From contig JBKJMX010000001.1 of NCBI GenBank assembly GCA_046596135.1, positions 1,912 through 65,911 of the forward strand: a stretch of 64,000 nucleotides of DNA, read 5' to 3'. A program made the translations under genes and the position numbers. This DNA comes from Gemmatimonadales bacterium (lineage in GTDB: Bacteria > Gemmatimonadota > Gemmatimonadetes > Gemmatimonadales > GWC2-71-9). Positions 1 to 8,688 of the stretch are shown here, piece after piece. The notes beneath the pieces were generated by a model. That model was not told where the DNA came from and did not search any database. It was given only the letters and a program-made list of their open reading frames with translations. Numbering within the stretch: the first letter of the stretch is position 1; each line of letters opens with the position of its first letter.

Positions 1-857
1 CCGGCTACGGCGCGAACCTCGGCATGATCGCCGGGCTGCTTGGTCGGGGCGAGACGGTCTACCTCGACAAGCTCGATCACGCCTGCATCGTCGATGGCGC
101 CAAGCTGTCCTTCGGTGAGACCGTGCGCTTCAATCATGGCGACCTTTCGGGTCTGGCGCGACGTCTCGACCAGAACCAGACCGGCAAGGGAAAGCTGATT
201 GTGGTCGACGGGGTGTACTCGATGGAGGGTGACATCGCCGACATCCCAGAGCTGGTGCGGATCGCCAAGCAGCACGGCGCCGCGCTCGCGGTCGACGACG
301 CGCACGCACTCGGCGTCCTCGGACCTCGTGGCGACGGCACTGGCGCGCACTTCGGGATGCAGGATGACGTCGACATCATCGCGGGGACGTTCTCCAAGTC
401 TCTGGCATCGGTGGGCGGCTTCGTGGCCGGCGATGAAGAGGTGATCCACTATCTCAAGCACCATGCTCGGCCGTTCATCTTCACCGCATCGCTCCCGCCC
501 GCCAACACTGCCGGGGTGCTGGCTGCTCTCGAGGTCGTGCAGGACGAGCCCGAACGGCGCGACGCGCTCTGGGTCAACGCCCGTCACCTGCAAAAGGGAT
601 TCACCGAGCTCGGCTTCGATATTGGCCCGACCGAGACGCCGATCGTTCCCGTCCTGGTTGGTCCGCTCGACAAGACTTTCGTGTTCTGGCGGAAATTGTA
701 CGATGCCGGCGTGTTCACCAATCCGGTGGTCCCGCCTGCCGTGCCGCCATCGCAGTGCCGACTGCGCACCAGCGTCATGGCGACCCACACCGCTTCCCAG
801 ATCGACGAATGCCTCGATGCCTTCGGCCGGATCGGGAAGGAGCTGGGGGTCATCTGA
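1..857 (+). CDS. alpha-oxoamine synthase, serine palmitoyltransferase-like (5' end outside window)
   Basis: The reading frame is open from position 3 (GYGANLGMIAG...), so the listed ORF 24..857 starts at an internal Met. The PLP-Lys motif GTFSKSLASVGGF and RPFIFTASLPP are typical of the AOS family. They resemble Spt more than BioF or Kbl. Confidence 0.75.
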   Translation, partial: GYGANLGMIAGLLGRGETVYLDKLDHACIVDGAKLSFGETVRFNHGDLSGLARRLDQNQTGKGKLIVVDGVYSMEGDIADIPELVRIAKQHGAALAVDDAHALGVLGPRGDGTGAHFGMQDDVDIIAGTFSKSLASVGGFVAGDEEVIHYLKHHARPFIFTASLPPANTAGVLAALEVVQDEPERRDALWVNARHLQKGFTELGFDIGPTETPIVPVLVGPLDKTFVFWRKLYDAGVFTNPVVPPAVPPSQCRLRTSVMATHTASQIDECLDAFGRIGKELGVI

Positions 858-868
858 GCGAAGCGCCG

Positions 869-1990
869 GTGATCCGGCGCGTCGGGACCCGGAAGGATCT
901 CGACCGCTTCATCGACCTTCCCTACCGACTGCATCGGCACGACCTGAATTGGGTGCCGGCGCTCCGGGCCGAGGTGCGCAAGCATCTCGACCGCGAGAAA
1001 AATCCGTTCTTCCAGCATGGTGCCGCCGAGTATTTCCTCGCCGAACGCGGGGGGGAGGTCGTGGGGCGCATTGCGGCGATCGAAAACCGCCTGCACAACG
1101 AGGTGCACGCCGATCGAGTGGGCTTTTTCGGATTCTTCGAGTGCATCAACGATTTCACCGTGGCAACGGCGTTGCTCGATCAGGCGTCGGCGTGGACTCG
1201 AGAACGAAATCTCGACGTGCTCCGGGGACCAGTCTCGTTTTCCACCAACGACGAGTCCGGCGTGCTGATCAGCGGTTTCGATACACCGAACACGTTCATG
1301 ATGCCCCACAACCCGCCCTACTACCTCACCCTGCTCGAGACCGCCGGCTTTACCAAAGCGAAGGACCTGATCGCCCTGGAGGGCGGCAACGCCGACGGAC
1401 CGGTAGAAGCGCCGCCGCGCACCACCCGTGCAGTGAACCTCCTACTCGAACGGTACGGAATCACGATCCGCACGCTCGACATGAACGACTTCGCCGCCGA
1501 GGTCGAGCGGATCAAGCAGCTCTACAATGCGTGCTGGGAGAAGAACTGGGGCTTCGTGCCGATGACCGACGCCGAGATCGACAAGCTCGCCGCCGATTTT
1601 CGGCCAGTCATCGTGCCCGGCATGGTCAGCTTCGCCGAAAAGGACGGCGCGTTGATCGGATTCGGGATGAGCATTCCCGACCTGAATGAGTCCCTCCGTA
1701 CGAATCGCGACGGGAGAATCTTCCCCGGGGCGCTCAAGTTGCTCTGGATGCTCAAGCGGAAGAAGCTGACCCGATCGCGGATCCTCCTCCTCGGCGTCAT
1801 CCCATCCTGGCGCGGCAAGGGGCTCGACAATGCGCTCTGCCATCGCATCTGGATCGAGTCCGCCAAGATCGGCATCGGCTGGGGTGAGGGCGGCTGGGTG
1901 CTGGAGGACAATCCGGTGATGATCCAGGCGCTCAAGAAGAACGGCTTCGTCGAGTACAAGACCTACCGGCTGCTCGACCGCCCGACGTGA
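869..1990 (+). CDS. GNAT-like N-acyltransferase (candidate bacterial ceramide synthase type)
   Basis: In-frame GTG at 869, 12 nt after the upstream stop. The listed 755 start would overlap the previous gene by about 100 nt. About 373 aa with a C-terminal GNAT-like core (LLLGVIPSWRGKGLDNAL). Same strand as its neighbours and tightly packed with them. Confidence 0.65.
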   Translation: MIRRVGTRKDLDRFIDLPYRLHRHDLNWVPALRAEVRKHLDREKNPFFQHGAAEYFLAERGGEVVGRIAAIENRLHNEVHADRVGFFGFFECINDFTVATALLDQASAWTRERNLDVLRGPVSFSTNDESGVLISGFDTPNTFMMPHNPPYYLTLLETAGFTKAKDLIALEGGNADGPVEAPPRTTRAVNLLLERYGITIRTLDMNDFAAEVERIKQLYNACWEKNWGFVPMTDAEIDKLAADFRPVIVPGMVSFAEKDGALIGFGMSIPDLNESLRTNRDGRIFPGALKLLWMLKRKKLTRSRILLLGVIPSWRGKGLDNALCHRIWIESAKIGIGWGEGGWVLEDNPVMIQALKKNGFVEYKTYRLLDRPT

Positions 1991-2964
1991 ACGCGCTCGT
2001 AACGGGAAGCACCGGGTTCGTCGGCGGGCACCTGGTCGACCGATTGCTGGCGCGCGGCGACACGGTCACCGCGCTGGTGCGCACCCCGTCGCGGGCGGCC
2101 GCGCTCGCCGCACGCGGGGTCCGCCTCGTCACGGGCGACCTGGCCGATGTGCATGCCTTGACCGACGCCGCCGCGGGCTGCGACGTCGTGTACCATGTCG
2201 CCGCGCTGACCGGTGCGGTCGATGAGGCGGAATTCCTCGGAGCCAATCGCGACGGCACCGCGAGTGTGCGGCGCGCAGTCGAGACGGCCGGGACCGACGC
2301 CCGGATCGTGCTGGTGAGCTCGATGGCAGCCGGTGGTCCGGCCCGCCGTGACGCGCCGAGGAATGTGGCGGGCGACGACGCGCCAGTCACGATGTACGGC
2401 CGCAGCAAGCTCGCAGCGGAACGGGCGCTGCGGGACGGAAGCGGGCCGCCGTACGTGATCGTGCGACCGCCAACGGTTTATGGCCCCCGCGATCGCGACA
2501 ACCTCCTTGCCATCTTCAAGGCGGCACGACTTGGCGTTGCCCCGATCTTTGGCGACGGCACGATGCAGGTATCCCTGATTCACGTCGAGGATCTCGCGGA
2601 CGCACTGGTGCATGCCGGCACGACTGCCGGCATCGCGGGTGGCACGTACTACGTCAACCATCCGGAAGTCATCACGACGGCAGAACTGGTGCGCGAAATC
2701 GGCAGACAGATGGGCCGCAACCCAGCACTGATCCCGATCCCGCGCTGGCTGGCGCATACGGCGCTGAGCGCGACCGGCGGCCTCGCCGCGCTCCTCGGCC
2801 GCAAGACCATCCTCCGCGCCGACAAGACCCACGAGTTCTTCCAGGAGGCGTGGACCGCCGATCCCGGCGAGTTCATTGCGGCCACTGGGTGGTTGCCGCG
2901 GTACGACGCTGCCAATGGACTGGCGCACACCGCCGCCTGGTACCGGCGCGAGGGTTGGCTCTGA
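1987..2964 (+). CDS. NAD-dependent epimerase/dehydratase family SDR (NDUFA9/CerR-like reductase candidate)
   Basis: N-terminal Rossmann motif VTGSTGFVGGHLV and a YGRSK catalytic Y-x3-K. The GTG start overlaps the upstream stop by 4 nt (GTGA). Confidence 0.85.
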   Translation: MNALVTGSTGFVGGHLVDRLLARGDTVTALVRTPSRAAALAARGVRLVTGDLADVHALTDAAAGCDVVYHVAALTGAVDEAEFLGANRDGTASVRRAVETAGTDARIVLVSSMAAGGPARRDAPRNVAGDDAPVTMYGRSKLAAERALRDGSGPPYVIVRPPTVYGPRDRDNLLAIFKAARLGVAPIFGDGTMQVSLIHVEDLADALVHAGTTAGIAGGTYYVNHPEVITTAELVREIGRQMGRNPALIPIPRWLAHTALSATGGLAALLGRKTILRADKTHEFFQEAWTADPGEFIAATGWLPRYDAANGLAHTAAWYRREGWL

Positions 2965-2978
2965 GCAGCGTTGCCCGG

Positions 2979-3797
2979 ATGCGGCGGGTCGACTGGATGT
3001 TGTCGGCCTATGGGGTGGTAGTCGCTGCAGTGGGCCTCACCCGCCTCTCCTTCCCCGGCGCCGGTCTGGTGGTGATCGCGCACCTTGCGCTGCCCCTGCT
3101 CGCGTGGCTCAGCACGCACGCGACCGACACGCCGACCGGGCGGTTCCTGCGCGCGTACTACCCCGTGCTCCTTCTGCTGGGGCTCTACTCGGCGCTTGAC
3201 GTGCTCAACCGGTTCGGTGTCGTGCATGTGTGGGATGCTCCGATCATGCGTCTCGAGTCGGTGCTCTTCGGCGGACAGCCGGCGCGCGACTGGTGGCGCA
3301 GTGCGCCGAGCGCCTTCTGGTCGACGCTTTTCCATGCGGTGTACTTCTCGTACTACCTCATCGTGCCGCTGCCGATCGTGGTGTTCGCCGCGCGCCAGCG
3401 CAGCGAGGCGATCGAGCGCTACCTCGACGGCCTGATCGCCACGTTCCTCCTGTGCTACCTGACCTATCTCCTCTTTCCGGTGGCCGGCCCGTATTACGAG
3501 TTCGTGCGTCCCGCGGGCGAGTTTGTCGCGAATGGGCCGGCGCGACTGGTGTACGCGACGCTCGAACGCGGCAGCGCATACGGCGCGGCGTTCCCTTCGT
3601 CACATGTCGCGGCGACCGTCGCGGCCACGGTGGGCGCGTGGCGTGGATCCCGGCGCCTCGGGATGATCCTCGCCGTGCCGACGGCGCTGCTGGCCGTCGG
3701 CGTGGTGTACGTCCAGATGCATTACGCCATCGACAGCATCGTTGGTCTGGCGATGGGACTGACGGTGCCTTTCCTCGCCGCGCCGTCCCGTCGCTGA
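2979..3797 (+). CDS. PAP2-superfamily integral membrane protein (Aur1/sphingomyelin-synthase-like)
   Basis: Multiple hydrophobic helices. PAP2 C2/C3 motifs FPSSHVAA and MHYAIDSIVG. Met at 2979 chosen because the listed 2850 start overlaps the upstream gene. Confidence 0.75.
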   Translation: MRRVDWMLSAYGVVVAAVGLTRLSFPGAGLVVIAHLALPLLAWLSTHATDTPTGRFLRAYYPVLLLLGLYSALDVLNRFGVVHVWDAPIMRLESVLFGGQPARDWWRSAPSAFWSTLFHAVYFSYYLIVPLPIVVFAARQRSEAIERYLDGLIATFLLCYLTYLLFPVAGPYYEFVRPAGEFVANGPARLVYATLERGSAYGAAFPSSHVAATVAATVGAWRGSRRLGMILAVPTALLAVGVVYVQMHYAIDSIVGLAMGLTVPFLAAPSRR

Positions 3798-3823
3798 CTG
3801 TAGTCGCACCGCGACGCCAACTG

Positions 3824-3854
3824 AAAGGGCCGCCACGCGAACGTGGCGCCCCTT
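3824..3854. terminator. GC-rich hairpin between convergent genes
   Basis: AAAGGGCCGCCACG-CGAA-CGTGGCGCCCCTT, an imperfect stem with one bulge. It sits between the PAP2 stop (3797) and the cupredoxin stop (3878). The U-tract is weak. Confidence 0.45.
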
Positions 3855-3877
3855 CGTGCAGCATGAATCCGTCGGAA

Positions 3878-4351
3878 CTACTGGACGGTGATCATCCCAG
3901 TCATGTTCATGGTCTGGTGCGGCAGGCAGAAGAACTTGTAGTCGCCCGCCGGCGCCCCAGCGAACGAGATCGTGACGCTCTGGCCAACGTCGACCAGCTC
4001 GCTCGCGAGCGGGCCCTGACGATTCGGGATGTTGGCGTTGAGAATGTCCATCGCCCCGGCCGGGATGCCGGTTTCCTCGAACTGAACATTGTGCAGGCCG
4101 CCGGACACGCTCTTGAACACCACGACGTCACCCGACTTGATGGTCAGGTTGGCGGGCATGTACTTGAACGTCTCCCCTTCCTGCACCATCTGGATCTCGT
4201 GCGTGGTGCCGGTGCCAGGCGTCATCGCCGGCTGGTCCGTCGCCGCGGGGGGCATCATCGCCATCGAGTCAGCACTCGTATCGACCTTCTTGTCGCCGCC
4301 GCAAGCCGCCAGCACCAAAGCGACTGCAGCAAGCATCGCTGGAACGCGCAT
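3878..4351 (-). CDS. type-1 (blue) copper protein, plastocyanin/auracyanin-like lipoprotein
   Basis: Start MRVPAMLAAVALVLAACGG has a lipobox (LAAC). Cu ligands are GGLHNV plus C-terminal FFCLPHQTMNMTGMITVQ (Cys-x2-His-x2-Met). Confidence 0.85.
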   Translation of the reverse strand: MRVPAMLAAVALVLAACGGDKKVDTSADSMAMMPPAATDQPAMTPGTGTTHEIQMVQEGETFKYMPANLTIKSGDVVVFKSVSGGLHNVQFEETGIPAGAMDILNANIPNRQGPLASELVDVGQSVTISFAGAPAGDYKFFCLPHQTMNMTGMITVQ

Positions 4352-4548
4352 TCGTTGTCTTTGCCTCTCGCCTGATGTTGTTTTGCCGACGGCAGTCCGG
4401 TGACTGCGGCGACCCCCGTCCACCAGGAAGCCGGGAAGTAACAAACATAGCGACGCTTTACGCCGCCGTGTAGTACACGCCGCTGCAAAACGACCCGGTG
4501 GCGTGCTAGGTTACCCCCTTCCGCTCGCCACTCCCCAACTGGTCCCCC

Positions 4549-5316
4549 ATGGCATCTCCCCCGCCCTGCACGCGTCTCGGCCGACAGTGCCGAGCCCTCG
4601 ACGTCACGCTTCGCGTGGCCGCGCTCGAGGGTGGGGAGGATCATGACGGCACCTGGCTGTTCGGCCATGTTGAGAGGATCGATTTCGGGGCGACATTCGA
4701 GGAAGACGACGAGATCTGGGCAGAAGCGACGATTCATGTGCCCTGCCGGTACCTTCGAGAGCAGGGCGACGGTACCCAGCGTTGCGGCGCCTGGGGCTTC
4801 GAGGGGACGGTGCCCGCCCCCGCGCGGCTGCCCGCGCCCCGCCGCCTCGGTGGCGACCGGTTCGCGATCTTCGAGGGGGCGAAGTTTGTCACCCGACATC
4901 TGCCGCCGCCGACTCCCGCGCCGCAGGGCAGATCCCTCCCGATCGCGCCCCCCAGCGCCAATCCCTGTGCCGGGGCGCCCTGCCGGACAGCCGACAATCG
5001 CCGCGGCGCGGCGTGCTGCCGCGACCTGCAGGTCCAGATCCGCTGCACCGAGCGCCAGACCCGCCTCGAGGCGCTGGTTCGGAGCAGGAAGTCCCCGCTC
5101 CTCTGCAAGACCGAGCGGGAGGAGGGTGGCCTGCTCAACGTCGAGGTGATCTCCGCCTGTGGATTCCTGCAAGAGGATGGGCTCACCTGCGACCTCCATG
5201 GACGCACAAGGTCCGACGGCCGTCCGGCCAAGCCTCTGATGTGCTCGGCCTGGCCGGAGAAACGTTCCGGACTGCACCCTGGCTGCGCCTTTCGCAATCG
5301 GCGCCTTCGGCTATAG
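4549..5316 (+). CDS. Cys-rich hypothetical protein, YkgJ/UPF0153-like (CxxCxxCC type)
   Basis: Cys clusters PCAGAPC...GAACCRD and ACGFLQEDGLTCDLH...PLMCSAWP resemble the putative Zn/Fe-chelating YkgJ family. Amino-acid composition is more protein-like than the antisense ORF 4255..5277. Confidence 0.5.
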   Translation: MASPPPCTRLGRQCRALDVTLRVAALEGGEDHDGTWLFGHVERIDFGATFEEDDEIWAEATIHVPCRYLREQGDGTQRCGAWGFEGTVPAPARLPAPRRLGGDRFAIFEGAKFVTRHLPPPTPAPQGRSLPIAPPSANPCAGAPCRTADNRRGAACCRDLQVQIRCTERQTRLEALVRSRKSPLLCKTEREEGGLLNVEVISACGFLQEDGLTCDLHGRTRSDGRPAKPLMCSAWPEKRSGLHPGCAFRNRRLRL

Positions 5317-5433
5317 ATTGTTCGCTGGCAGGTAATGCACGCGGGTCTGCGACCTCTCCCCGAGGTGTGCACATCAGCGGTGCAGGGAACGTCTCAATGT
5401 TGTCCTTCCCCGCATCGTATGAGGACTCGCACC

Positions 5434-5958
5434 ATGGCATTCGACATCGAAGAACTCTATCGCACAACTTATTCTTCCGTCGTTCGTTTCCTGTACCGCA
5501 AGGTCTGGGACGCTGATCGCGCCGAGGATCTGGCGCAGGAAGTGTTCATGCGTGCGCTGAACCATCAGCCTGAGAAGCCACGGGCGTGGGTGTTCGCCGT
5601 TGCCGCCAACATCGCCCGTGACGAGGCGCGCGCAGCCATTCGCCGTCGCAAGCACCTCACCCTGCTGGTCCACGAGCCGATCGCATCGCCGTCGGACCCG
5701 GGTGACATCGAGGAGGATATGGTGCGCGAGGAGCGGGAGGCAGAGGTCAAGCGGGCCTTGGCCACCCTCACGCCCCGGGATCGTGAAGTGCTGCTGCTCT
5801 GGGATGCCGGCCTCTCGTACCCCGAGATCGCCGAACAGACCAAGCTTGCTGTTGGCGCGGTTGGCACCACCCTCGCCCGGGCGCGCAAGCGCCTCGTTCT
5901 CGCCCATGACACGATGGAGGACAAGCGTGATGATGTTCGCGCGTCCGCATGTTCCTGA
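5434..5958 (+). CDS. ECF-type RNA polymerase sigma-70 family factor
   Basis: Region 2 (DAEDLAQEVFMRAL ... WVFAVAANIARDE) and region 4 HTH (LSYPEIAEQTKLAVGAVGTTLARARKRL). Start taken at MAFDIEELY. Confidence 0.9.
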   Translation: MAFDIEELYRTTYSSVVRFLYRKVWDADRAEDLAQEVFMRALNHQPEKPRAWVFAVAANIARDEARAAIRRRKHLTLLVHEPIASPSDPGDIEEDMVREEREAEVKRALATLTPRDREVLLLWDAGLSYPEIAEQTKLAVGAVGTTLARARKRLVLAHDTMEDKRDDVRASACS

Positions 5959-6691
5959 AGAGGAACTGCACGCCTACGCCGACAACGAAGTCAGCGGCGG
6001 GCAGCGGGCGGAGATCGCGGAACACCTGATGGGATGTCTGATCTGCCGGGCACAATATGCGGAGGTTTGTGACCTCCGCATCCGGACGAGCGAGATACTT
6101 TCCATCGCGTTGCCGAAGATCCCAGCCGCGTTGCAAGCCAACGGACCAGCTGCCACCACCACGCGGCCGGTACGAATGACGACCCGCCGGAGCGCCCTCA
6201 TGGCCGCCGGCATTGCCCTCACCGTGATCGGCGCTGCCAGCGTCGGCAACGGCACCACGCTGTCCTCTGCTCGAGCGACGCTCGCGAGGATTTTCGTGGC
6301 CCCGACCCTTCTTGCCACCAATGCGCCCGTTGCGCCGCCATTCGCTTCCGATCCGCTGGCCGATTTCACGGCCGCGTCGGGGTGGAGCGTGCTCAGCTGG
6401 GAGGATGCATTGCGCCTCAACCATACGCGGGTCCGCCACATCGCCGGCTTGCCAATCACGGCGGTCAGGGTCAGTCCGTCAGCGAGCGGTATGCCGGCGA
6501 TCGCGATTCGGCAGACGCTGCCCGACGGCAGATCGGCCTGGCTCCTCACCGGGACATCGCCCGCTGCAGCGAAAGCGCGGAAGGCGCTTGCTGCGCGCGG
6601 CCTCACGGTGCGTGATTACCCCGGCGCGCCGACCGTTGTCGCCATGCTGCCCGACGAGGGTCTTGACGCACTGGCCCGACGCATCGAGTAG
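5930..6691 (+). CDS. anti-sigma factor, zf-HC2 type, single-pass membrane
   Basis: N-terminal H-x3-C-x2-C motif (HLMGCLICRAQY) and one TM helix (ALMAAGIALTVIGAASV). Overlaps the end of the sigma gene by 29 nt. Confidence 0.75.
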   Translation: MMFARPHVPEEELHAYADNEVSGGQRAEIAEHLMGCLICRAQYAEVCDLRIRTSEILSIALPKIPAALQANGPAATTTRPVRMTTRRSALMAAGIALTVIGAASVGNGTTLSSARATLARIFVAPTLLATNAPVAPPFASDPLADFTAASGWSVLSWEDALRLNHTRVRHIAGLPITAVRVSPSASGMPAIAIRQTLPDGRSAWLLTGTSPAAAKARKALAARGLTVRDYPGAPTVVAMLPDEGLDALARRIE

Positions 6692-6729
6692 GTACGCGGC
6701 GCGGCGCGCGAAGGCTCAGGCGAACGCAC

Positions 6730-6770
6730 AATGAAACGGCTGGCACCCGATTGGTGCTGGCCGTTTCATT
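6730..6770. terminator. bidirectional hairpin between anti-sigma and actF
   Basis: AATGAAACGGCTGGCAC-CCGATTG-GTGCTGGCCGTTTCATT. The arms are 17 nt with 2 mismatches and have A/T-rich flanks on both sides. Located in the convergent spacer 6692..6793. Confidence 0.6.
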
Positions 6771-6793
6771 GTCACCGCATTCGTGCCCACCAA

Positions 6794-8062
6794 CTAGTGC
6801 CCCTGTTCGCGCTCCAGCGTGATCATCGCCAGGCGCGGCGAGAGCATTGGAAACGCCTTGGTGAACAGGTAATAACACACCAGGAAGAGCCCGAGGAACC
6901 CGAGCGTAGGGCCGAGTTCTGGCAGGCCGAAAACCGGGCCGATCTCGGCGGTCACCGACGGCAGCACCATGAGATACCGCTCGAGCCAGAGGGCGGTAAG
7001 TGACACACTCGCGAAGAGGCCGAGGGTGAACGGCGTCTTCTTCGGCCCGACCGCGAGGAGGCCTGCAAATGGCATGACGAACATGCCGAGTCCTACAGCT
7101 GCGCCGATGGGGCGCCATGGGCCCCAGAGCCGCGAGAAGACGAAGCCGGTTTCCTCCGGCAGGTTGCCGTACCAGATCACCAGATACTGCGCCCACATCA
7201 GGTAGGTCCAGAACACCGTGAAGCCGAAGCACAATTTGCCGAGGTCATGCCGCTGCTTGGGCGATACGTACTCCGCAATTCCGAGCCGCCCGGTGCCGTA
7301 GATCATCAGCAGGGCAAGCAGCATGTGGGCGCCGAGGAAGGCACCCATGAAGAACCATCCGCCGAGCAGGTTTGAGAACCAGTGCGGCTGGAGAGCCATG
7401 ATGCCGTCGAACGCCACCATGGTGAACACCAGGGCGTAGGCCCATACGTACATCGGGGCGAGGCGGTAGGTCGCGGCGTGCTCGCGCACCGGGTCGAACC
7501 CGGCGAGCATGCGATCCCACCGTGACACGCGCGCGGGATCCGCGTGCTGGCGGGCCTCGTCGAGGTCATGGAGTACGTCGATCCGGACCAGGCGGTACCC
7601 GAGCCAGTAGAGCAGCGACAGCCCGCCGATCAGGCGAACGCTCATCCATGGCCGCGACAGCCAGAGCTGCTTCCCGGGGGACATTCCGTGCAACTCTTCC
7701 TGCATGTGCCCGAAGATGTCGTGGTAGCCCACCGTCATGATGAGGATGATCCCGAGCAGTGAGACCGGGATCATTGCGACGGCGGCCTGGGAGAACCGCA
7801 GGATGACGCCGGACCACTTCGCATTGGCGATCTTGTGCACGGCGGTGAGTGCCAGCGAACCGCCGGTGAGGCTGGTCCAGAAGAGCCAGTTGACGTGGAA
7901 CGCCTGCCACGCCCGGTGACTTCCCTCCCCCAGCAGCATCACGCCGAAGAGCAGCAGACCTGCGACGGCGAACACTCCCCCGGCGAGCAGGAATGTCCGG
8001 TAATCGCCGGACACGCTCTTCTCGGCGAGTCGGGCCCGCATGGCGGTGAAATCGGTTGCCAT
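6794..8062 (-). CDS. actF: Alternative Complex III subunit ActF (NrfD-like membrane subunit)
   Basis: Polytopic membrane protein of 422 aa, last gene of the act operon. Its start overlaps the actE stop by 1 nt. Confidence 0.8.
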   Translation of the reverse strand: MATDFTAMRARLAEKSVSGDYRTFLLAGGVFAVAGLLLFGVMLLGEGSHRAWQAFHVNWLFWTSLTGGSLALTAVHKIANAKWSGVILRFSQAAVAMIPVSLLGIILIMTVGYHDIFGHMQEELHGMSPGKQLWLSRPWMSVRLIGGLSLLYWLGYRLVRIDVLHDLDEARQHADPARVSRWDRMLAGFDPVREHAATYRLAPMYVWAYALVFTMVAFDGIMALQPHWFSNLLGGWFFMGAFLGAHMLLALLMIYGTGRLGIAEYVSPKQRHDLGKLCFGFTVFWTYLMWAQYLVIWYGNLPEETGFVFSRLWGPWRPIGAAVGLGMFVMPFAGLLAVGPKKTPFTLGLFASVSLTALWLERYLMVLPSVTAEIGPVFGLPELGPTLGFLGLFLVCYYLFTKAFPMLSPRLAMITLEREQGH

Positions 8063-8688
8063 CAGTTGGACCCTCCAGCAGCCGGCAGCGGGGCGGTCAC
8101 GACTGCACCCTGAAGCGATCGCACGTAATCAACCACGCGCCACCGCTCGTCACGTCGGACAATCTTGTCGCCATAGGGCGGCATCAGGTTCCGGCCGTAG
8201 CGGATCACGCTGTAGACGTAACCGTCGCTGCGGCCAGCGACCACGGCGGTATTGAGCGGCGGCGCACCCATGCGCACCGTACCCTGGCCATTGCCGGCGG
8301 GGCCGTGACACACCATGCAATAGGTGTTGAACAGTTCCTCGCCGCTTCGGACCACGGCCGGCACCGACGAGCCGGCAGCGCCGGTCGAGTCGGTGTTCGC
8401 GGGCCGGACGAGTGCGTTGGCGCGATCGACATCAAAGCCGTAGAGCGCCATGGCACCGGTCATGTTCGCGTTGTTCCAGTCGCCCTCGACATCGCCGAAC
8501 GGCACGGTGCCGGCCGGCGTCTCGCGCGGTACGCTATCGGTCATGTAGGGATGCACGGCCTTGGACGCGATCATGTGGTCGAACCACGGGATCGCGTGCA
8601 TCAGCGCATCGGGCGAGGGGACCTCGTTGTAGTACCAGTTGCAGCCGCCGGTCCCGGCGAGCAGTGCCGCGAGCAGGATCTTACGCAT
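8062..8688 (-). CDS. actE: Alternative Complex III subunit ActE (monohaem cytochrome c lipoprotein)
   Basis: MRKILLAALLAGTGGCN lipobox and a single CMVCH haem motif. Position between actD and actF. Confidence 0.85.
   Translation of the reverse strand: MRKILLAALLAGTGGCNWYYNEVPSPDALMHAIPWFDHMIASKAVHPYMTDSVPRETPAGTVPFGDVEGDWNNANMTGAMALYGFDVDRANALVRPANTDSTGAAGSSVPAVVRSGEELFNTYCMVCHGPAGNGQGTVRMGAPPLNTAVVAGRSDGYVYSVIRYGRNLMPPYGDKIVRRDERWRVVDYVRSLQGAVVTAPLPAAGGSN

Noticed and set aside
1963-2928. 321-aa minus-strand ORF, and others of the same kind (584..1309, 463..1689, 2649..3335, 3230..4375)
   Set aside because: They overlap the motif-bearing plus-strand lipid-cluster genes. They are low-complexity and Arg/Pro/Gly-rich.
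5386-5418. ECF-type promoter (GGAAC ... CGT) upstream of the sigma factor gene
   Set aside because: GGAAC at 5386-5390 is 25 nt from the nearest CGT, against the 16-17 nt expected. The match is too weak to call.
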